From Balanoglossus misakiensis (lineage: Eukaryota > Animalia > Hemichordata), in contig CM082596.2 of NCBI GenBank assembly GCA_040954595.2, positions 842,736 through 906,735 on the forward strand: DNA of 64,000 nt. The letters are read 5' to 3'. The notes under the pieces were generated by a model, which did not search any database, was not told the origin of the DNA, and saw nothing but the letters and a program-made list of their open reading frames with translations. How positions within the stretch are numbered: the stretch's first letter is position 1; each line of letters opens with the position of its first letter. Made by a program: the position numbers and the translations under genes. Below are positions 16,301 through 28,500 of this stretch, piece after piece.

Positions 16301-19300
16301 AGACAGTCTTACAGTATATCTATGGTTGCAGCATACTGTACTGATCATCAATATGTTGATAATTCAGTTCAAAGAAACCTCAGGAAAACCATTTCCCAAT
16401 ATAGGGGTTTCACCTTATCCCTGCAGCATCTTAAAATTTTCATCAAAGTTTTTATGTCATTTTGTGTGTAAGCCCCTCAGTAATACTGAGCAGTCAAAAA
16501 AACTTGAAAAACAAATGTCGACTTTGGGGGGGGGGTGTTGGTTTCCTATTAATAACTTTTATACTTTGAAAATAACATGGCAACTTTACCTGTTAAATCC
16601 TGCTTCATGAAGCCGAGTATATGAAATGCAGAATTGGCATCCACTGTAGAGAGACTTGCTGAAGAGTGACAGATGCTAGTTTTTCGAACTGTCTTCCACA
16701 CTGGAAATTGCTGGACTAGTCGTTTAGTAGCGAGTACCGGTAGATTGGAGTAACGCAGAGGAGTTCTGTCTTGTATTCATTCCCAGTTCAATGAGAAACC
16801 CAGACAGAGCTAGCCAGAACTGATTGATCTGCTTGACCTGAGTATTTAAATCTCTATTGTATGCACTTAAGTTCAACACACTACTAGGCCAATAATTTCA
16901 CCTAAGCACAGTGCATACCAGGTGTACACATATCAATATGCTAATGAGAAAGAGCCCAGTCATTCAAATTCACAGCAAGTCTTATGCAATCACTTGGCTG
17001 AGGTCAGCGCACTACAGTGAACTTTCTGGAAAGATGTTCAACTTTAATAAAAAAATCTTTTGATGAAATATCTTTTTGTGGAGCTCGCTGGCCCCATACT
17101 GTATAAATTATAGAATCTATAGATGAGTTTCCTGTAAGATAAAGCATATAGCATGTCGGGGGAGATCACAGATGTTTTCAAGGAAACTCTAATTTCATTT
17201 GGTCATCCACCAGCAAATGACCTTTGTTAGGTTTTAATCTGAAGTGAGGTAATCTAGTGGTACAAATGGAGAGGGTTTTAAGGAAGGGTCTTATTGAACT
17301 TCTGCTGTGCGGATTTCTATAAAGAGCTCATTTCGAGACGCCTCTGGAGTCATCAGAGAAAGAAATTAAAGCGCGAGAAGGGGAATGAAAAGGCTTGAAT
17401 AACAGCGGTGTTATCACACATCTTAATGGAAACGATGATGAAACACCATGTAATCTGAATTTGGATTTTCCAGCGACTGACCAACATCATCTCACTAAAC
17501 TTCCTTCCGTCATGTATTTTTTATGAAATAAACCAATGCATGAATGTTTCATATTTGTTGTGATTCAACCAGAATATCACTTGTAGCCTGTGTCATATGT
17601 GGCTATGTTATTGCAAGAGTTTACATACATGCAGTGTATTAAGGGATGGTTGTGTTCAGCTGCAACTCTGCGAGTTACATACTGTTGAAGATTGTAATAA
17701 TTCTACACAGCATCATTAAATTGTATATTGTAATATGTTGTAATTAAGTGAAGAGTCAATGTTTCCTGTAATGACATTGTAGGATGTAGTATACGTGCTT
17801 CTGGAGAAGATTAGTCTTTAGCCAAAGCTTGAATTTGGTTTGACCTTTCCTGCCGACAAGGTCAACAAACACATATTGTGTCGCGTGCTGTGAATATTAG
17901 GAGAGACATTGCTGTGAGGAGAGCAACGACCTGTGCGAAGTTGTAAACGTTTGCACCGTAATAAGGACACCTTGTTGGGTTTTGATTCATAGAGTCACAC
18001 CATGTGGCTCATTTCGATCGTTCTTTGCAAGGACCAAAGTACTCGTTATTCTCAGGTCTTTTCTCGCAGAAGGAGACCTTGTAACATCAATCGACTTCCA
18101 GTATTAAATATTCATGGAGAACCTTGCGTGTGCCGCAGCAATCTCATGAATGGTGATCAGGACAGTGTATACCACGCGGAGATGATAGTTGATGAATTGA
18201 CTTCGCCTGCAGGTGCATGCAGGCTGTGATTGCGATTGTATAGTGACTCTTTAACATTCCAATGACATGGTTTGGGGCAAGAACTGTTACAAGTACACCA
18301 ATATAGATGGCATTGGGTTTTAACTGAAAACTTCCATCTAGAATAAAAGTGACGTGTGGAATAATGTAATGCAAAGTGGTTTCTTAGTTTGTTGAAAGCC
18401 AAACCAGTTGCGATTACAGTACATGTAATACATCTCTGTCAAAATGTGTGCAATGATATTGATACATATCACGTATTGTGGACACTTGGTATCACAATTC
18501 ACTGAAACTTTATGGATCTATAAATGATCTGATTAATTTGCATCAGGACTAGTATTAATTATTTGCTATTATCTTATAAGGTCAATGTGATATACTCTGA
18601 TCATGCAGCCAGACATATGCCTGACTTGAGATACCCACTGTTCATAGTCATTCCTTTCCATCCAGTGTAGTGGAACAAGACAATCAACTTCATAATAACC
18701 TGTGGGAGGTAGTATATCAAACCCGAGGCACTGTATTTGGCTTCTTTTGGACTGTGAGGGCAAGATGATTGCAAATGCAGTAGCCATGGGAAATTGCGAG
18801 GACATGGTAGACTTTTCATTCGAATTTCTTTTACAATATAGTCTCCCCTATAAGGCAAATCCAAACTGTAAATCCTGACTTGATTATTTGCCATGGAACC
18901 ATAAAATGCAATGATGACATGCTCCAGTGCTTGTCTGCAATGCAATAACAATTGGGATGTAATTTGCGAACTGATTTAGCCGCGAGTAGAAATGTGTGTC
19001 GCCCTGCCAGAAGGTCGAATTTCAAGTTCAGCTAAACCATCTAACAGGACCATGCAGACATACCTTCTCAGAAGTGGCTACTCAATTGAACATGGCACTT
19101 CATACATTTTAATGTCACTAACTTTTAGGTATAAATTATTAAATGGAGATGTAATCAGTAGCATTAAAACATTACTTCTAATCTGGCATAATTATTTATC
19201 ATATACCATAAATGTGTAATTAATCATCTGATAATTATTTGACATCTTCATTGAGGCTTGGCAACATTTCCTTCCTGTCTGTTAGAGTGGATGCAAACTA

Positions 19301-19591
19301 CATACTGTATTTGAATCCCTGACATATTCACAATGCTTGGAGGCTTTATTGCGCAGTGTTTATTACAATAGCTTATATGTCATGACATAGACAAAATAGA
19401 TTCGGACATGAACACATGCGCACTCGTAATTAGTGAATTAAGTAATTGAAGAATGTGTGTACAGCATGAATGAAGTGTATTTCTTTGTCATTTATACTGC
19501 AAAAGGGGTGAAAAGAAAACATAACCTCACACACAGCACTCCTTGGTGCCTAAACCCCTAACAACTTGTTTTTTTTCTCTTTTGTGAACAG

Positions 19592-22500
19592 ACAGCAATT
19601 TTGTCCTGGGTAATGCTCAGGTTGCCAATGGATATCCCATCGTATATTGCTCCGATGGATTCTGTGAACTCACAGGTTTTACTCGTGCCGAAGTTATGCA
19701 GAAGGGATGTGCCTGTAAATTTCTCTACGGGTCGGATACAGCGGATGACAAAAAGGAGGAGATTGAAAATTCCTTGGAAAACAAACAGGAACTGAAAACG
19801 GAAGTCATCTTTCGAAAGAAATGTGGTATGTGTGCCTTTGTGTATTTGATGTCATTGATTTAATCATTAAATCATCAAATCAACTTTCATCCCACAAACA
19901 GCTCAGTCCCTCAAAAAAGCATTCTTTAGACATCTTCAGAATTCTGTAGAAACATGCTCAAGTTTATAGATAGTCTATAGAAATGTATAGAATATTTTTC
20001 ATGGGCAGTATCTTTCTATAACAATAGCTTTGTTTCTTTTTCCACAGAAAATCCATTTTGGTGCTTATTGGACATTGTTCCTATCAAAAATGAAAAGGGA
20101 GAAGTGGTGCTCTTTTTAGCATCCTTTAAAGACATCACTAAATCCAAAGCAAGTTTGGAAGATGAAAAAAGTGATGGTAAGTATACCTAGACTTCATTTC
20201 ATTGGAATGAATTCATCAGTTCCATTGGTTGAAAATTTGACAAAAACTATTAATGCAGCTGTAGTTAATAACTTATGAACTCAATTTCCATCTCATTTTC
20301 AAGCAAAACTGGTTGTGTTTCTTGTACCAAAATGTACAACCAGAACTACCATGACGAGGTCAATTGTAGATGTCATGAAAATAGCTCATTGGCCAACGTT
20401 CTGCTGTTTTTCCATCAGTTGAATTTAGTGATGAAGAAGAGGAAGCAATCCGACAACGCTACCTCCAGGGTAAAAGTGGAAAAACACCAAATGGTTCAGG
20501 AACTCAATTTAATTACCACAGGAGAAGAAGTAGAGCAGTATTGTATCACTTGTCAGGACATCTTCAGAAACAAGAGCGGAAGAAACGAAAATTGAATCTT
20601 AGTAATGTAAGTAACTTTTCATCTCAGTCTTTGTTTGGATAACGTCCAACTCTAGTGTTTTAATGGATCAGTTGTCAATAATCAAGTTCTGAACATAATG
20701 ATCTTGTGTATTACAGGCTGTAGTTGTGTGCAACATACAATATATTTCCATAGAAAATTCCGCCTTAGATTGTAAGATTGATTTGGTAACATACGGTATC
20801 ACAGCATATTTGATTGGTATAGAAGTGGCAATTATTTCAATAAACAAAAGGGCCCAATATTGCAGTTTTAATAACGCAATTTCACCAATTGATGTAACTG
20901 CATGTTCGTTCAGACTTGATGTCATTAAAAACAGGGGTGGGGGAGTGATCGGATCAATCTGTTTCAATTTGTGTTCGTGTAAATTCAGATGGATGTCAAT
21001 GTGTATGTATCTGTTTATTCATATCTCATACTTGGGCCTTGAACAGCAATAAACCATTACTGTTACTGTTAATGTTATAATTTAAACTAATTGCCTGGCT
21101 CCATACATTTCTCCCACAACTATTTGCAGCACAAAGTTAAAAAGAAGGTATAAGGTTATTCAACCGTACGATTTGTCATCTCTCTGGCCTAACACTTGAC
21201 ATTCAATAGTTTATTAAACTTTTTTTGTTTCAAATTTAACTCCAGCATGCTGTTTGGCGTGGGTTTTGACTATACTAACATTGATTGCTGACTTTCACAT
21301 GCGAGCATGTTTCAAAGAAAAACACTGCATGAGGTACAATACATCTTCCCCCAAAGAGTGAAAAATATTGCATTTCTATGTCTTATAAAATTCAAAACCT
21401 CTTTGGTTTCATTACTCTTCATTTGGAATATTTGACATAGCCTTTTTTCTAAGCCTACGAAATGAAATGATTCATTGAACTTTCATTACATTTCTAAGAA
21501 TATATTTTGCTCTAATGCATTACAAGACTTGAATGAACACGATCTATGATTAACAACAATTTAAGAACTCTGCATCAACGTTTTATGATATCTGTAAATT
21601 TTTGCTTATAAATATCAAATTAATAAATTGTATATGAATATAATGATATGTTCTCATCTTGCCTAATTTTTTATATGAAATATATCAACATGTGTGATGT
21701 TGACGTGATATTAACCAGTCAACTAAAATTTGCCCAGGCCTCCAATGTTCTGCTTTGTTTTGGTATAGTTAATCCTTTTTCCATGAAACTAACACAAAGT
21801 TCTGTGATTGATTCGACTTCTAATGTATTCCCTTATCAGACATTGATATGTTTTGCCACGGTTACGGGTATCGGTTTAACTCTCAGTAGGATTTCACTTG
21901 TTGTCCTGACCTCAATACTTGTGATTTCCTACCTTCAACGCAAATAAAACTCTGTTTTGTGGTCACGCAATTATTGACCCTTCTCTCCCTTTTTTTCCTC
22001 GTCTCCAGAATCTCCTGGCGCCAACAAAGAGGAGTACACTGCCGGAATACAAGTTGGCAACAGTGAAGAAACCTAGATTGATTCTCTTACACTATAGTAC
22101 TTTTAAAACTGTTTGGGACTGGCTAATGCTTTTAGCAATGTTTTATGTTGCAATAGTTGTGCCATATAACGTATCTTTCTTCACAAGGAAGAACCCAGAC
22201 AGTACTTCTCTCTATACGGATCTTATAGTTGAATTCCTTTTTATATTTGGTAAGTTTTCACTTTCACCACAAGCATTGCTAACTTCCGCAAGTCCATATA
22301 TCGATCGAAGGAGTTACTGACACGTCAAACCTACTTGTCGTGTCTCTCATGCAAATCAATGTTGGTTTAACGGCAACTGCACCAGTATGAGAACGAATGG
22401 GGCTTGTTATTATGGCATCGTATCCACAGTATTGATTCATTCTCATTTGAATTCATGATCAGACTCGTGAACATGGGTTTGCCGTCATCGACTTTAGTGT

Positions 22501-25500
22501 TGGCAACACTTACAGTAAAGACTAAGTACAAACCACCATTGCTTCAGGCTGATTGCCTAATTGTTATTCATGTCAAATATATTGTGTTGCATTGTGCAGT
22601 CATACAACCAAGAGACTAACTCACTACCTTTCAGGAACTGTCAAACTTGAAAGGTCAAAACAGGAAACTCTTTTTTCATAATCCATAGTTGCTTCTACAA
22701 TCGTTGCTATCGGGAAATCATGACTCAGTATATTTTGCTCTTCATTTTCCCATATTGTCAGAAGGATGAATACCAGAAATTGTTTTGATCCAGATTGTGT
22801 GCTATACAATTTTCAATTCAACAAAACTTACATTTTTCATTGTTTCTTTGCTGTTTCAGATATAATCCTCAATTTTCGCACAACTTACGTCAGTCATTCA
22901 GGACAGGTGGTGTACAAACCCAAAGCCATTGCCTTACATTACGTGAAGAGTTGGTTTTTTATCGATCTTTTAGCGGCAATACCACTAGACCTCTTGTATC
23001 TCACGAGAGTTGGTACGGTACGTGGTCAGCAGGTACCAGTTAGTTTTTCTTTTCATGTCTCTGGAACAGTTTAAAGTTAAGATACTGAAGTTGAAAATAA
23101 CATGTGTTCTTGTTGCAAACCCAACCATACATGGCAAACCAATATACTTCATTTTCTATAATGGAGTTAAGAAAAGTTTTCAGTTTCTTCCTGACTTGGA
23201 TAAATTTGTTTTGAGTATGCATGACCAATCTTCAGCATGATCATTGATGCACATGCAACTGCATTTTTCCTGTAGATATATTATTTACAAAACATTCGAG
23301 TAAGACTAAGGCTGTGGTCGGGGCAGGTCACGTTCTGATCATTGTTAGTGAATGCATCTTGACCCGATTAGTGTCAGGGTCTTTCTGTACATTCGACAGA
23401 ATTATTTCCCCTGAATCTACAGACCTGTAAGACCCAGGTTTTGAAACTTAGCAGAAAATGGAAGTTTGAAGTCATTAGGTTATCGACTAATTGGGAGGCG
23501 TCAGCCGTGCCCCGTAGACAGCATGGCGTCTACATTCCCATCTCTGGGGAATTTTTTGACAGGAACAACTATCCAGAAATCCCTGAAGAAACATCCTATT
23601 CATTTGAGATTGTGGGGTGGGCATTAGAGATTTAAAAGAGAGTTCATCAGATAAATATAGCACGAGTGTATGAATATTTTTTATTTGAGCCAGTAATAAC
23701 CTTCATAGGATAAACCCAGTGATACATTTTTTTCATCCTGTAATATTTCCACCGTATGTAAAGTATGTTGCTGAGAAATAGAAAATACAGGGTTCAATAT
23801 TTTAGACAATCTGGTTAAAATTAGCTGTCGAGATATAAGCCGTGTGTTCACTTTCACCAGATCTCTTCAAATATTCTCTGCGGATATCTGCATGATAATC
23901 TTTCCATGTTCAAATGTCAAAAATATCACCTTACATGTATTTGTATCATTGTGTCTTGCAGGGTGCAAGTGCTATGTATTTACTCAAACTTGTTCGGTTA
24001 TTACGGGTGGCCAGGCTTCTGCAAAAGATGGAAAGGTACTCCAATTACAGTGCCGTTGTGATATCTTTCCTCATGTGTATGTTTGCGTTGGTTGCGCATT
24101 GGTTGGCGTGTATCTGGTATGTCATTGGAAAAGCTGAAGCACAGAATCTAGAACATGCGACGGCAGGTAAGCAAATCCATTTCCTGAACTCCTATCTTCT
24201 CAATATGTTCGCAGTCTTCAGAGCTTTTCAGTCTCCCTAACTATTGAAAGATTCAATTCATTGAAAGGTCTAGAAGACATTCTAATCGCACAGTGTGGGT
24301 TTGAAAAGGATTGATGAGGTTAGCGGCGTACGCACAGAAAACATCGTTACATGCTTTTTACAGTGTCTTACACCATCTAAGTCTTGAAGACGTTCTAATC
24401 GTACTGTGTGGGTTTGAGAGGGATTGATGATCTTGGCAGCATACGCACAGAATGCTTTTTGCGATGTCTGTGCCATCTAACACTTTCTCTCAAATTCATT
24501 CCTCTTCTGAAGTAGCCATATAAAATTGATCAGAATCTTTTGACACGTTCTGTAATAAATATCTTCCAACCTAGGCAGATGATAAGTCGACCACCTCCGC
24601 ATTTAAGATGCCAAGGTTTCTATTTATTGATAATCATCAATAAGATTAGTCACTGCGAATCTTACGCCTCCGGATAACCTCTTAAGTCACAAGGCCATAT
24701 GACAAATGGTTGCGAGCTAAGCACATCAGTGGCCCAGTTTCATGTCTCAGCCATTTATCTACAGAGCTAGCAATTAGGATGGGTGAAATGCAATCGATCC
24801 GTGAATGGTCAGAGAGATCTAGTGACTATAGTCAGGGATCCAGGGACGAGGGGGCGTTGATCATGTGACTAAATGCTTGATCAGCGGGCTCCTAGGTAAC
24901 AGATGGCTGTGTATTGATCAACACCAAGTCATTGCTGCTTGCAGTCATGAAGACATCAAATGACAAATCCTTATAAGCATGGTGACCTAGACGATCGAAG
25001 CAGACAATTTACAACTGATGAGTTTCAACCTTTGACAAAATCATGCGGCCCCATTTACAGTCATCTTGAGAATTGCATAGTAGCTGCTTTAAAATTTTGA
25101 AATCAAATTAAAGACAGTAGTTTTATGACAATTACTATGTATCTTGCGTCCAACAGGTTGGCTTCATGAACTAGCACATGATCTGGACATCCGGTTTACA
25201 AATCAGACAGGAACGTATACTATGTACGTCACGTCTCTGTATTATACATTGAGTACAATTACAAGTGTGGGATTTGGTAACGTGTCAGCCAATACAAACA
25301 GCGAAAAAATATTTACCATCGTTATAATGCTCATTGGTGGTGAGTACTTTAACTGTCTAAAGAAAGAGAAACATATCTGTTTGATTTTATCTTTGGATTT
25401 TTTTGTAATTTTAAGAGTTAAATTTGGTACAAAGAATGCCTCCAGAATAGTAACTTGTTTTTATAGAGTCTGTAATATGATAACTATTTTAATACATGAA

Positions 25501-28500
25501 TAATACTTGATAAAACAGCAAATGCATTTCTTATCAACAGCTCTAATGCATGCTGTTATCTTTGGAAATGTTACGGCCATTATTCAGAGGATGTATTCCA
25601 GGAGGGCGCTATATCAAGCCAAGGAACGAGATCTCAAGGACTTCGTCAGGTCGCATAACATTCCCAAACCTCTGAAGCAAAGAATCATGGAATATTTTAT
25701 GACGTCTTGGTCGATGACAAACGGCATTGATACCCATGATGTAAGTGATGGAAGAGTTTGACAGGATCATTGACTTGTATCTCAAATGTTCTTTTTCAAA
25801 TGAGGGGAAATAAATACTGCTGCAGACATGGGAAAAGACAGACTGACTGACTGACAGACAGATAGATAGCTATGAATTGATCAGTGCATCTTGAAACAGT
25901 TGTTGTTGTCGTCGTTGATTCATGAAAAAGTTGACTAATAAGAGTTTTTAACTTTGCTGACACATTGTAAGATCGATGGTTTATCATGTTGAGCGGGATT
26001 CAACATAACAATGGTAAATGTTGTGTGTAACTTTACAGAAGGAGTTTCTCAAACAAAGTCGTTCATTCCATGCATTATCTATGTATTGCAGATGCTGAGA
26101 GATTTTCCTGAAGAACTGCGAGCAGATATATGCATGCACCTTCATAAAGAGATTCTCACATTACCAATATTCGAGCTTGCAGGCGCTGGATGCTTGCGAT
26201 CACTTTCCCTTCATATCAAAACCAGTTTTTGTGCTCCTGGGGAGTACCTCATACACCGTGGGGATCCACTCAATGCAATTTGGTTCCTGATAACTGGATC
26301 TATGGAAGTGAGGCGGGATGGCATGGTGGTTGCCATATTGGGTGAGTTGTCAATTGGATTTCTATGGAAAGCGTCTCCTCAGGGTGCACTGAAAAATTGT
26401 CACTCAGGGGCTCTCTCATTGATACACACAGAGCAACAGGACTCAGTAAAAATGTTGGAGGCTATATCTTTTAAAGTCATACTTTTTTCAATTTAAAAAT
26501 CAAGCAAGAATATCATTAATTCCTTGACTAATACCTGTGCAACATCCCTGAAGATTTTGTGTCGTATAGACCCAGTTGTATTGAACCTAACAAAGTCCCT
26601 GTTCGAGACATTTTTGAAAGGACATGTATCCAGTAGGCCGAAACAGAAATGATTACAATTTAATACATTATCTCTTCAAATTGTCTTTCAATTGCAGGGA
26701 AGGGTGACTTGTTTGGATGTGACCTTTCAGCAGATGTTGATCAAGTTATTCAGTCCAATGGTGATGTCCACGCATTGACATATTGTGACCTCCAGTCACT
26801 GACCAGGTAATTATACCTTTAATAGAACTACCCGTACTTCAATTTCTCAGACTGAGGGCACACTGTCCTTTGTCTGGACTTGCCATACATCAGTCTATGG
26901 TCATATACTAGAGATGACATCTCAGGTCACCAGACTGACAGAAAAGCCATCTTATAACTTTATTTATTAATTGATTTCGTCCTCTTACTATGCTTAGGTC
27001 GGGGTTATTGGAAGTCCTCACGAATTATCCAGAATATGCAGAAAAGTTTGCGCAAGAAATTCTCCATGACTTGACCTACAACCTGCGGGAAGGGTCGGAA
27101 ATTGAACCGGTAAGTCATATCAACAGAGACATGCAAATATCGTCATTTACAACTGTCAATATTAGTTTGACACTTGGCTTAAGGGGACTTCGTTGGAACA
27201 GCAATGACATTAATGGATGTGACTTGGTCACTGGAGCTATCAACAAAATGTGTACTCTTTTGAGAAATTGAATGCCTCAAGTGTCTTGAATACGTTGGGA
27301 TTTCCCGGAATATATCTCAATTGCAATTTTCCTGGAATATTTCTCAATTGCACTCAAGGAAGTAGTAAATCTTTCACATGTATTAAAGAGGCAAAATGTT
27401 TTAACAATCAGAGTGACCATAACATTATTGTTTGAGCAGCCCTTTTTATTCCCTGGGAAAATCACAGCTTCTAAGTTTACTAAAACATTGCTTTTCAGCC
27501 TATTATACTAACTTTGCTAAGCAGATTACATTCCGCTTGGACCTTTTAACTAAATGTGTGGAGCTAGTCCTGTTGCTATTGTGTTTGGTCTTTTTTCTGA
27601 CCCCAATTTTGATTGCCTCCAATCTGATTTTATCCGTTTGTGTTCATTCATCCCTGCTTCTTCACTGATCAGGAAGATAACGAAAAACCAAGCGTAAGTA
27701 TACTCACAGTTTTGTCTAGAAATTTCTTCTTCGTCTCAGAGCTATACCCCACTCACTATGCACTTCCTTGCTTCAAACCTGCGGTATATTTTTGCAAACT
27801 TTGGAATAGCTTTCCTCTCATTTTTTTCTTCCACTACTAACTTTTTACATCAATTTTTTGGACCACACCATCACGGTGGCTGATCAATATTTTGTCGTTT
27901 TTACTTTTTGGCCAACGAACAGAGACTCTATCGCAAAAGAGTAAGTAACTTCAAGGACTTCAAGAAAATCTATTTTTGATTAATGATTTTTCTACACTAT
28001 TTTAAAAATCGTTAATAGTTTTTCTAACCTAGGCTGATGGGCATCTATCATGCATGTCATATAAAATTCATTATCACCTTCATAAATATACTGCGCATGT
28101 TCAGAAACATATCGTTGTACCCACAATTATAGAAAATCATTTTTTTTCATTTAACAAAAATTTGACCATTGTCTGTGGTTCGCTTTCATCTTGTTCTTCT
28201 GTTAAGGGGGGACTGCATAGTCCACGTTGTCATGGTAACTTACTATTCTTTTGATCGTCTACAAGGTATAGGACTAATCCATCTTGTTCCGTGCACTAAC
28301 TGCATGAACAATGTAATTAAAAGTATCATAATCAAATTAATACATATAAATTTACCTTCACATTTTTTTGAGAAGAAAGCTAAAAGCCAAATACCTTTTT
28401 TTGTAATGACATGTATGTAAATTCGTATTCCCGGCGTAGCAAATGCTAAAGCCTGCAAGGCGACGTGCCAGAGTAAGTAATATTATATATGTGTACATTT

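Noticed and set aside
307-19219. Many 60-150-aa ORFs in the track
   Set aside because: No recognisable domains, Cys/Leu/Ile-rich composition typical of random AT-rich DNA, and no exon chain
24273-24480. Tandem intronic C/D snoRNAs (TGATGA present in both copies)
   Set aside because: No terminal CTGA box D or closing stem at a suitable distance
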